Notes under the pieces: generated by a model
Told to the model about the DNA's origin: nothing
Databases searched by the model: none
What the model saw: only the letters and a program-made list of their open reading frames with translations
Shown here: positions 18,661-25,969 of the stretch, piece by piece
How the letters are laid out: every line of letters begins with the position of its first letter
How positions within the stretch are numbered: the stretch's first letter is position 1
IMG/VR virus record: IMGVR_UViG_3300045538_000396
Location: 1-54,896 of that record
Length of the DNA: 54,896 nt
From: a virus
Taxonomy: Duplodnaviria > Caudoviricetes
Direction: 5' to 3' (one strand)
Translations under genes and position numbers: made by a program

Positions 18661-18691
18661 AAAAGGGTGGGGCTTTTGCCCCACTTTTTTT
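18661..18691 (+). terminator. Intrinsic terminator, probably bidirectional
   Basis: AAAAGG-GTGGGGC-TTTT-GCCCCAC-TTTTTTT. Confidence 0.8.
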
Positions 18692-19202
18692 ATACATTTT
18701 CATCTGAAGCATTATTTTCCTCTAGGATTTCCGTTTCTTCGGGAGGTTTCCAACCTTGTTGCGAAAGTTCTCCCTTTATTTTTTCTAACAGAAGATTTCT
18801 ACGCTCGTTTAATTCTGATTCAGATAGTGTTTTAACATCTGTTTCAGCGCGAAATACCTGCTTGTCCTGAAAACGTTGATTCATTTGTGCGGCTCTGCGA
18901 GACATAGCATCATATTTTAACTTTGCAGCAGGTACTTCTTCAGGAGCATTGACATACATAGCCGCCATAAGGGCTCTGTCTCCAAGTGAGTGTCCACCTG
19001 CTTCTTCTGCATACCTAAAGTCATCATGAAAGTCTGGGTAATTTTTAAACCAATAATAAACTTTACCCACGGAAGGTGCACCGGGTTGGTCACAAAACAT
19101 TTTTAAAGGATTACCGTCACTCACCCACTCAATAATTTTTTTCATGATGGCTTGTCTAGTGTAATCAACACCATTGATATTCCACATTTCTTCGTGTGCC
19201 AT
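18690..19202 (-). CDS. terS: Terminase small subunit
   Basis: KIIEWVSDGNPLKMFCDQPGAPSVGKVYYWFKNYPDF resembles the Sf6/P22-type TerS HTH. Directly upstream of terL. Start moved to ATG 19202 (GAGG RBS). Confidence 0.8.
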   Translation of the reverse strand: MAHEEMWNINGVDYTRQAIMKKIIEWVSDGNPLKMFCDQPGAPSVGKVYYWFKNYPDFHDDFRYAEEAGGHSLGDRALMAAMYVNAPEEVPAAKLKYDAMSRRAAQMNQRFQDKQVFRAETDVKTLSESELNERRNLLLEKIKGELSQQGWKPPEETEILEENNASDENV

Positions 19203-19245
19203 AGTTTTTTTAACCTCAATACGTTTTAAATAACCTTTTAATGTA

Positions 19246-19743
19246 TTAGTTTCTTTCCGTTTCTTTAATTTCTTTATGTAGTTCTTTTGTGCTTGACTCA
19301 ACTTGAACTTGTATTTCCGATATCTCTTGCATGTTCTTTTCATATCCAACTTCCTTTAAAATGCTAGATGATTCACCCAAAGTTTTAAGCAATTGTTCTT
19401 TGGCCTGTTCGGCTCCAGTCACACTATTAAGCGATGTAATTGCCATAGTAATATCTCGCACAAAAGCCGTGTACGTCTTAACGTACTCAAACTTCTTAAG
19501 TTCTTCTAGGTTATCTTCTACTCTCTTCTCTCTGCGACTGGTCTCATCAGCCACTGTGGTCAGCATTGCATTAAACTTTTCATATTGTTCATCATTCATA
19601 ACTACACCAAATCCACTATCTTCTTGTATAGGTTTATGTATCAACTTCTCAAGAAGTTCCCCGATTTTTTTATAACTCCTATATATAGCAACCTTTAAGT
19701 TCTCCTTTAGATACCCAAGAAGTAACTCCATTTTTTTTATCAT
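19246..19743 (-). CDS. Hypothetical helical protein
   Basis: ATGA overlap with the upstream ORF, charged coiled-coil composition. Confidence 0.65.
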   Translation of the reverse strand: MIKKMELLLGYLKENLKVAIYRSYKKIGELLEKLIHKPIQEDSGFGVVMNDEQYEKFNAMLTTVADETSRREKRVEDNLEELKKFEYVKTYTAFVRDITMAITSLNSVTGAEQAKEQLLKTLGESSSILKEVGYEKNMQEISEIQVQVESSTKELHKEIKETERN

Positions 19744-20000
19744 GTCAAGTCTCCTTCATTTTTAATTCCTAATTTTTTACACCACATATCATGCTCTGAG
19801 GTATCTCTATATTTTTCATTACAGTCTAGCAACAACAGATGTACGCACATAACCAAGTGTACATATATTTCTAGTAACTCCTCAAGGGACTCATCGTCAA
19901 CACCTTGACCATCAGCCGGAAACTTTTCTTTTGCGTGCTTTAGATACTCCGACATACCCTCATGGGCTTCTGAGTCTAACTTAGCCCAGTTCTTTTTCAT
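19740..20000 (-). CDS. Hypothetical protein
   Basis: In operon, overlapping both neighbours. Confidence 0.6.
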   Translation of the reverse strand: MKKNWAKLDSEAHEGMSEYLKHAKEKFPADGQGVDDESLEELLEIYVHLVMCVHLLLLDCNEKYRDTSEHDMWCKKLGIKNEGDLT

Positions 20001-20577
20001 TTTCTAAATTCCTTATGATGGGTAATTCTTGTGGTTGCTTTTTAAACGTTCTCCTGATTCTTTGCCTAGTTGTACTAAATTGATTGTAGTAAAAAATATT
20101 AGGAACAATATTTACTTTACCCGTTTCTAGGGTAGGGGCTACGGTATCAAAAGGAATATACTTTTGTTTTTGAAATACAAAAAACTCTACGCTTTTATGC
20201 TGTAGGTTTTGGGCTACGGCTTGCCGGCTCACACCCCTCAAGCGTGCTAGTTCAGATTGCGTTATAAGCCCAATAAAGCCATTCGTAAAGTCGTGTAGGG
20301 TAATCTTGTGCCAAAGGTCATCATTGATGGGTAAAAGCCCTGTAGCGAGTTTTTCTGATGGTTTTAAAATCTTCCTTAACGCCACAGGAGGTATCTGTTC
20401 TAGCAGGGCCTCTATCTTAATCGCCACAGCCATTTCTACGTTTCTAAAAGCAGCGTCAAAAGTTTTGCTTATAGAATAAACAAAAGGTTTACTTTCGGAA
20501 TCAAAGACAACTACTTGATGATTGGTATCAATCACATCGTGTCTGAAACTTAACTTAGGGCAAGGTTTGATAGACAT
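19981..20577 (-). CDS. HTH DNA-binding protein with HicB-like N-terminus
   Basis: ITQSELARLRGVSRQAV HTH. VYSISKTFDAAFRNVEMAV..IPP resembles the HicB fold signature. Confidence 0.55.
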   Translation of the reverse strand: MSIKPCPKLSFRHDVIDTNHQVVVFDSESKPFVYSISKTFDAAFRNVEMAVAIKIEALLEQIPPVALRKILKPSEKLATGLLPINDDLWHKITLHDFTNGFIGLITQSELARLRGVSRQAVAQNLQHKSVEFFVFQKQKYIPFDTVAPTLETGKVNIVPNIFYYNQFSTTRQRIRRTFKKQPQELPIIRNLENEKELG

Positions 20578-21131
20578 TACTTTTTCTCTATAAGTGAAAT
20601 ATGAATTTTACCACCACAGTTAACATCATAATTTAATGCAGCCTGTAGTGCGGTGCGGATTAACTCTTTTCCACTTTTATTTCTGGAAACGTAGGCAGCC
20701 CCCAGTGCAAAAGATTCTCCACTACCTATAGCCACAAAAGTAAAATCAGGAATTTGTACGACAGAAAAATCACTGCCAACCCGGTAGATATTATTTTTAA
20801 AAATAATTAGGATATCTATGTCGTAGTTCTGGGGTTCTCCGCCCTCATCCTTTTCTTCTTTCCAAGCATCCGTAATCACGGCTCGTTTAATAAAATCGCC
20901 GATTTCAAAAGCCGAGGTCGCACCTTCGATAAGTTTACTGTTTGCCATAATTAAACTATCCAACCGAGCCGAGCCCGCACAGCCAATGTAGATGCTGAAC
21001 TTAGAGCCCTTACTCCTGAGTAAACGCCACTTGTTACCGAGGTCGTATTTAGGTCCGTTTGAGTAGGTAACCCTTGAGTCGCTACCCAAGTGAATACCGA
21101 TATCGTCTTTGTATGCAGCAATTACAGTCAT
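20577..21131 (-). CDS. Ntn-hydrolase (HslV/proteasome beta-like) protein
   Basis: N-terminal M-T nucleophile, GSDSRVT, AIGSGESFALGA and DVNCGG motifs. Confidence 0.85.
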   Translation of the reverse strand: MTVIAAYKDDIGIHLGSDSRVTYSNGPKYDLGNKWRLLRSKGSKFSIYIGCAGSARLDSLIMANSKLIEGATSAFEIGDFIKRAVITDAWKEEKDEGGEPQNYDIDILIIFKNNIYRVGSDFSVVQIPDFTFVAIGSGESFALGAAYVSRNKSGKELIRTALQAALNYDVNCGGKIHISLIEKK

Positions 21132-21410
21132 GAATATAAGTATATATGGTATGTCAAGTGTTATTTCTAAATTTCTCTGTAAAAAAAAGACGGAGGTCTT
21201 TTACCTTGGCCCACGTCTTGGCTGTGGTCCCTTCCCCCCCTACCTAATATAAATGATTAATTATCAATAGACCAAAAGCAAAAGCAACTGATTACCGATT
21301 TTCCCCCTTCGGGTGAAAGTTTGCTTGTGTAAACTCTCACAAATCTCTTGGATTCTGAATCATCCAATTGTTTGTTCTCTCAATTGATTCAGGTACACTA
21401 GGAGCCACAC

Positions 21411-22220
21411 ATGGCACTCATCAGAAACTTAGTTGTTCCATCAACCGTGATGGTATCGACTAGCACTAACGGCAGCACTGCCGGTAACCTTTACAACGGA
21501 GAGTCCGGTCTTAACCTCGACGCTATCTCCGTCTCAAAGAACAATGACGCTGTTGAGACTATGAACCGTCTCATCTACGCAGCCAATCTGTTGATTGGTC
21601 TTAACGAAGAAAAGCCAGAACTGGCAGAAGGTGCTACAGTTTTGGGACTCACTTTACCTCGCGTCCTTTCTCAAATCGTGTTTACGCTTACGGGCAATCC
21701 ACGTAAAGACTCACGACTTGCAGTTCTTAAGAATCAGACGCTCGCTGGTAAGTTAGTAGAAAAATGTCCAAGCCTTCATCATCGAACAGGCAAGGTAGAC
21801 ATGGCTCCGTTCTTAAGTCTTAAGAAAGCGGAGACTGATGGTTCCACACAAATTCCTTCAACCCTATTCAATATTGGTAAACTGAATCGCACCACCAAAG
21901 ACAAGCCAGTCGGTGACTCTATTGCTATCGCATTGGCTATTGTTGGTGGAGAGGTTGATAAAGATAGAGTAATTACCAACAGTTATAAACAGGGTCTACC
22001 TAAAGCCGGTTCTACCTTCACACCTATGGTGCTCGATGTAGAAGCCGGTCAGAAAATAAACGTAGTTCGGGAAGCACACTTTAAGTTCGCTAAGTCGCTT
22101 CCTAAAGGTATCCCGAACCGTTCCACACCAGCAGGCTCCAAACAGTTCCAGGCCTGGCTGTCGGAAAACCTACCCACCCTCATGTCAGAGATGGTAGTGA
22201 CAACAAAGTCCAAAAGTTAA
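21411..22220 (+). CDS. Hypothetical protein, first gene of the early arm
   Basis: AGGAG RBS, 269-aa ORF, followed by a hairpin. No family recognised. Confidence 0.85.
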   Translation: MALIRNLVVPSTVMVSTSTNGSTAGNLYNGESGLNLDAISVSKNNDAVETMNRLIYAANLLIGLNEEKPELAEGATVLGLTLPRVLSQIVFTLTGNPRKDSRLAVLKNQTLAGKLVEKCPSLHHRTGKVDMAPFLSLKKAETDGSTQIPSTLFNIGKLNRTTKDKPVGDSIAIALAIVGGEVDKDRVITNSYKQGLPKAGSTFTPMVLDVEAGQKINVVREAHFKFAKSLPKGIPNRSTPAGSKQFQAWLSENLPTLMSEMVVTTKSKS

Positions 22221-22236
22221 TTAACCATACAACCTA

Positions 22237-22266
22237 GAGACGGGGGGCTATCACCCCCCTTATCTC
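22237..22266 (+). other. Stem-loop after first early gene (terminator or processing site)
   Basis: GAGA-CGGGGGG-CTATCA-CCCCCC-TTA-TCTC, with no strong U tail. Confidence 0.5.
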
Positions 22267-22286
22267 TCAAACCTTACGAGGTATCT

Positions 22287-22664
22287 ATGAAAAATTTTCG
22301 CCTGTATTCAGAACAAGTTCTCCGTATCCTTACGGACAAACTGTCCACCCAACAAGCGTGGATAGAAGACCCAAACTTCCGAAAAATCTATACCCCAGTC
22401 AACGTGGTATTAGAGTTGAAGGAAGGTTGGAAATACTTCAACTCGGTTGACCCCTCAGTCTCGCTAATCCAAGTTCATCTTAAGTTTGCAAGCATCGTTG
22501 CGCTCATAGGTGAGAAAGGACAACTCTTTGAGTTTACGCGAGAAGAGAATAGAGAGTTCGTTGATATGATTAGACTGGCTATCGAACATCACAATTACCG
22601 TGTCCATTACTGGCACGGCAATGACATGTCCGAAACAGTTGGTTTTACTGTTACTAAACGTTAA
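22287..22664 (+). CDS. Hypothetical protein
   Basis: GAGGT RBS, 125-aa ORF. Confidence 0.8.
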   Translation: MKNFRLYSEQVLRILTDKLSTQQAWIEDPNFRKIYTPVNVVLELKEGWKYFNSVDPSVSLIQVHLKFASIVALIGEKGQLFEFTREENREFVDMIRLAIEHHNYRVHYWHGNDMSETVGFTVTKR

Positions 22665-22757
22665 TGGAGTCAACCATGAGTATCTCAATGTATTAATACT
22701 TAGAGGTTAACCTGAACACCACACAATAAGCAGTCTGTCCGACTGCATCGTCACATT

Positions 22758-22798
22758 AAAAGGGGGCTCCCGCGTCCAAGGGAAAGCCCCCTTTTTTT
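22758..22798 (+). terminator. Intrinsic terminator
   Basis: AAAAGGGGGCT...AGCCCCC-TTTTTTT. Confidence 0.75.
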
Positions 22799-23227
22799 AT
22801 GTTCGTTGTGTAGCCAGAAGTTCCGGCCCCGGTTGTTACTACTTCAGTTACAAACATAAAGGTGAGGGGCTATCATAGAATGCAACCTAGCAATGCAGTT
22901 AACTTGATAACGCTCACGCGACTTAATATCCAATCTATGAATGCATAGCAATGCCATTAGAGGGCAGAGGAATGTTATACCCTGTTAGGTATGTCCTATG
23001 AAGCAGAGGCACCCTGTAGGGCACTATAGAGAGGAATTAGGGGTATTGTTTTGCACTGTGTAGACAGAGAGTGTGCTTTATTATGTCAAGTATCCAAAAA
23101 AACAGTTAAGAAGTCTAGGTTTTTTAAAAAGTATTATCTTTCCTATATAGAACGCTTCTGATTCATCAACAGATAAATAAAATATAGGTTAAGTAAGTTT
23201 ACATTTATAACAAACTAATAAAATGAC

Positions 23228-23355
23228 TATAAGTAACTTATAGAATTACTTATATATATACTTATATAGAAACTTATATAGTTACTTATATATACTTATA
23301 TGAATACTAATAAGTAACTTATATAGATACTTATAGATATATATATATACTTATA
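23228..23355. repeat. AT-rich ACTTATA iteron-like array (candidate replication origin)
   Basis: Nine ACTTATA copies at 23236, 23248, 23260, 23272, 23284, 23294, 23317, 23329 and 23349, plus the palindrome TATAAGT-A-ACTTATA at 23228-23242. Confidence 0.7.
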
Positions 23356-23414
23356 AGATTTACTATTTAATTGTATGTAGATACATATATATTATATATA
23401 AGGAGCCGAGAGAG

Positions 23415-23482
23415 GCGAAAAAAGGGCGAAAAAAAAGCGAAAAAAGAAAGTTCTTGACAGGTTTTTGAAATCGTGAGAAACT
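23415..23482 (+). promoter_or_regulatory. Putative early promoter with phased A-tracts
   Basis: GCGA(6-8) at 23415, 23426 and 23437 (11-bp period). TTGACA at 23454-23459, 17-bp spacer, TGn-GAAACT -10 (non-consensus). Confidence 0.55.
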
Positions 23483-23527
23483 GATTTTCGGTTCGGTTTT
23501 AACGCTAAACACTCTAAGGAGAATAGT

Positions 23528-23809
23528 ATGGCATTACTTAAATTACAACCTAAAAACATCACTTGGTTTAAACGAGATGCTAAAGGTAGTAAATCATACA
23601 GAAGAATTGATAATGTTATAGATATCACCCCCGAAAAGGCTATGTCTATTCTTACAACAGAGACCGACCAGGGTTACTCAGATGAGATTATCTATTTCTG
23701 TTATAAGGTATTACTAGATAATGGATATCTAAGACAATTAAGAGACCATAATTACAAGAGACCCTTACTAGCAAGGGCACTAGAGTTAAGGAAACAGGGA
23801 GTTATTTAA
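23528..23809 (+). CDS. Hypothetical early protein
   Basis: TAAGGAG RBS. Confidence 0.8.
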   Translation: MALLKLQPKNITWFKRDAKGSKSYRRIDNVIDITPEKAMSILTTETDQGYSDEIIYFCYKVLLDNGYLRQLRDHNYKRPLLARALELRKQGVI

Positions 23810-23831
23810 CTTAAGTTTTATAGGAGGCTAT

Positions 23832-24071
23832 ATGCCAAAGCAATACTATGTAGTTCATAGAGATACAGGTGTTCTCTATTACAAACAAGGATTTTACACT
23901 TTGTTTGATGTGATGGAACACTTTATATGTGATTCAGAAAGCACTCCAGATGAGATAGATAACTTTATCTCTATGGGGGTAGATACTTTTTGTAATTCTT
24001 TTATGACCAGCATAGGTCTACGAGTTACCAATCTAAGACTTAATAGCAATGCCTTGGAGAATAGTTTATGA
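23832..24071 (+). CDS. Hypothetical early protein
   Basis: AGGAGG RBS. Confidence 0.75.
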   Translation: MPKQYYVVHRDTGVLYYKQGFYTLFDVMEHFICDSESTPDEIDNFISMGVDTFCNSFMTSIGLRVTNLRLNSNALENSL

Positions 24072-24138
24072 GTTTGTTCAATAGAGCATATTACTTTATT
24101 CTCACTTTAATTGAACACCTTACTCGATAGGAGAGCCG

Positions 24139-24234
24139 ATGGATATACTAATAACCCTAGTGTTTGCAATAGTTACATTCTATACACTAAGTAAGATTAT
24201 CGACATATGTTTTAACAAAAAGGAGAGCCAATGA
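24139..24234 (+). CDS. Membrane mini-protein (31 aa), ends KESQ
   Basis: MDILITLVFAIVTFYTLSKIIDICFNKKESQ, flanked by junction motifs. Confidence 0.65.
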   Translation: MDILITLVFAIVTFYTLSKIIDICFNKKESQ

Positions 24235-24689
24235 AAAGCACATATATAGTAAAAATTAAAGAAAAGTTATCTCTACCTGCTGGTGCTTATTACATCGGCG
24301 ACCCTTGTTATATATTAACTGCAGAAGTATATGACAGAATCCTAATGCCTGCTTCCTACGAAGCAGAAAGAAATAGGCGAGATGCTTATGAGTTTTACAG
24401 CAACCCAAAAAATGAATATACTCAGCGTGGTGTTGTTATGCGTACGCTTCACGGAGATGGTTGTTTTACAAGCAATATAGGCTTCACTTTTCCCGTAGAC
24501 TCAGGGCAAATTGCCTGTATTGATATCGCTTCTATTGGAATAAGAGAACTTATTCATAGTGGTATCGACAAAAAATGTGTGTATCTTTATACCGCTAGTA
24601 AACCCTTTGATTGTGTTCGACACGACAATGGGGTGCTTAGATTCAATAGTGTTTCTATTAACACAAGTGATATGGAGGAGAGCCAATGA
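24231..24689 (+). CDS. Conserved phage hypothetical protein (YYIGDPCY family), ends EESQ
   Basis: YYIGDPCY, TLHGDG and FPVDSGQI motifs. Confidence 0.85.
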   Translation: MKSTYIVKIKEKLSLPAGAYYIGDPCYILTAEVYDRILMPASYEAERNRRDAYEFYSNPKNEYTQRGVVMRTLHGDGCFTSNIGFTFPVDSGQIACIDIASIGIRELIHSGIDKKCVYLYTASKPFDCVRHDNGVLRFNSVSINTSDMEESQ

Positions 24690-24823
24690 TTGATATGGGT
24701 GCATATGATTCTATCGTAGAAAGAACAATATCAAGTAAAGAAGAACAGGAGACAGCATCTGCAAGATTTAAAGAAAGAGTAAAGAAAATGTTGGAGGAAT
24801 TAGATTCAAAGGAGAGCCAATGA
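24686..24823 (+). CDS. Mini-protein (45 aa), ends KESQ
   Basis: MIDMGAYDSIVERTISSKEEQETASARFKERVKKMLEELDSKESQ between two junction motifs. Confidence 0.7.
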   Translation: MIDMGAYDSIVERTISSKEEQETASARFKERVKKMLEELDSKESQ

Positions 24824-24963
24824 GAAAAGATTTAACTTACATTACCATTCCTATTTACCACTCTGAAATTGATAAAAAAATAATCATAGACCGAGAACTA
24901 ATGATTCGAGATTTTGAAGAACAAATTGACCGCATCGAATTAAAACTAAAGGAGAGCCAATGA
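24820..24963 (+). CDS. Mini-protein (47 aa), ends KESQ
   Basis: MRKDLTYITIPIYHSEIDKKIIIDRELMIRDFEEQIDRIELKLKESQ between two junction motifs. Confidence 0.7.
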   Translation: MRKDLTYITIPIYHSEIDKKIIIDRELMIRDFEEQIDRIELKLKESQ

Positions 24964-25274
24964 GCAACGATAAAACAGAACATAATGGTTGGACAAACTA
25001 CGCCACTTGGCGAGTCAATCTTGAAATGTTTGACGCCCCCGACTATTCGTGGGACATTACTGCCGATACTGATGTTCACGAACTCGCACAAAGATTAAAA
25101 GATTCTGTGATATGTTTTGTGGACGAAACTTGCGAACTTGCTACTACGAGAGGTTGGGCAATAGCATTTGTAGATGAAGTTAATTTTTACGAGATTGCCA
25201 AGCACATGATTGAAGCCAATGAATTCTATTGTGAGATTGGCAAGAAAGTAATCGAAAACCATAAGGAGAAATAA
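24960..25274 (+). CDS. Conserved phage hypothetical protein (NGWTNYATW family)
   Basis: NGWTNYATWRVNLE..VNFYEIA motifs. Confidence 0.85.
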   Translation: MSNDKTEHNGWTNYATWRVNLEMFDAPDYSWDITADTDVHELAQRLKDSVICFVDETCELATTRGWAIAFVDEVNFYEIAKHMIEANEFYCEIGKKVIENHKEK

Positions 25275-25275
25275 A

Positions 25276-25446
25276 ATGAACGAAGAACTGAAAGAATACA
25301 CTTGCAATATCGTAATAGATTTTGGTAGAAGTTATATGGCAAAAGACGAGCAAGAGTTTAGGCAAATGGTTACAGATGATTTTTATGAGGAACACGGCAT
25401 AAAATTAGCCTACTCAGAAATTAGAAACATTACAGAGGTAAGATGA
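25276..25446 (+). CDS. Acidic mini-protein (56 aa)
   Basis: AGGAGAAATAAAATG start context, MNEELKEYTCNIVIDFGRSYMAKDEQEF... Confidence 0.7.
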   Translation: MNEELKEYTCNIVIDFGRSYMAKDEQEFRQMVTDDFYEEHGIKLAYSEIRNITEVR

Positions 25447-25607
25447 TTAGCATAGGCGATAAAGTAAAAGTTAAAGACCAAGATATCACCGGCATAGTTG
25501 TTGAGATGTGGAATAATAAAGTAGTTATTCAGGACCTGGACTCCGAATATAAATCTCCCGATGACCGACTAGAGTATCGCATATCAGACCTTGAGGAGAG
25601 CCAATGA
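25443..25607 (+). CDS. SH3/KOW-like mini-protein (54 aa), ends EESQ
   Basis: MISIGDKVKVKDQDITGIVVEMWNNKVVIQD..., ATGA overlaps at both ends. Confidence 0.7.
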   Translation: MISIGDKVKVKDQDITGIVVEMWNNKVVIQDLDSEYKSPDDRLEYRISDLEESQ

Positions 25608-25798
25608 AATTAATAAAAAATAATTGTGAGGCTTGTGATTACAACGCACCTTACATTAATAATTTAAGCGACAAGGTAGAAGATAGATTATGCGGTGCTT
25701 GTTTAAATGTTTACGAAAAAGAGAGCCAAGATTTTAACGCACCTTTCTTCTTTGATTTTCGCAATGCTAGCAAATTGATATTAAAGGAGAGCCAATGA
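25604..25798 (+). CDS. Zn-binding mini-protein (CxxC..CxxC), ends KESQ
   Basis: CEAC and CGAC motifs, flanked by junction motifs. Confidence 0.7.
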   Translation: MKLIKNNCEACDYNAPYINNLSDKVEDRLCGACLNVYEKESQDFNAPFFFDFRNASKLILKESQ

Positions 25799-25968
25799 GC
25801 AAACCCATTAGTTATAACGCCGTTACAGATATCTGTATCAGAATAATGGACTTCTTAGTGCCCGAAAAAGAAGAAGACGATAGTTATGATTTTGAAGCGC
25901 AAGATGAGTTAAGAACAATTGTTGAGGCTTGGCTTCGACAAAACAACCTACCTTTTGAGGAGAAATAA
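25795..25968 (+). CDS. Acidic mini-protein (57 aa)
   Basis: MSKPISYNAVTDICIRIMDFLVPEKEEDDSYDFEAQDELR...FEEK, starts in a junction motif. Confidence 0.7.
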   Translation: MSKPISYNAVTDICIRIMDFLVPEKEEDDSYDFEAQDELRTIVEAWLRQNNLPFEEK

Positions 25969-25969
25969 A

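Larger units (their letters stand above)
24129..25798 (+). repeat. Dispersed junction repeat AGGAGAGCCAATGA
   Basis: Exact copies start at 24221, 24676, 24810, 24950, 25594 and 25785. Variant AGGAGAGCCGATG at 24129. Confidence 0.92.

Noticed and set aside
18458-18712. ORF-track 84-aa minus-strand ORF between terS and terL
   Set aside because: It reads through a terminator hairpin and has atypical composition. The plus-strand 18504-18638 ORF has better signals, although this one cannot be fully excluded.
21135-21157. Canonical sigma70 promoter for the late arm (TTGACA at 21152-21157, minus strand)
   Set aside because: The best -10 candidates lie only 7-13 bp away, so the spacing is not canonical and I did not call it.
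21170-23220. tRNA genes in the intergenic regions
   Set aside because: No cloverleaf with a T-loop GTTCRA and acceptor stem was seen.
24129-25798. CRISPR array or attC-type integron
   Set aside because: The repeat is only 14 bp and not palindromic, spacing is irregular (134-644 bp), the spacers are ORFs, and no cas or tyrosine recombinase gene is visible.
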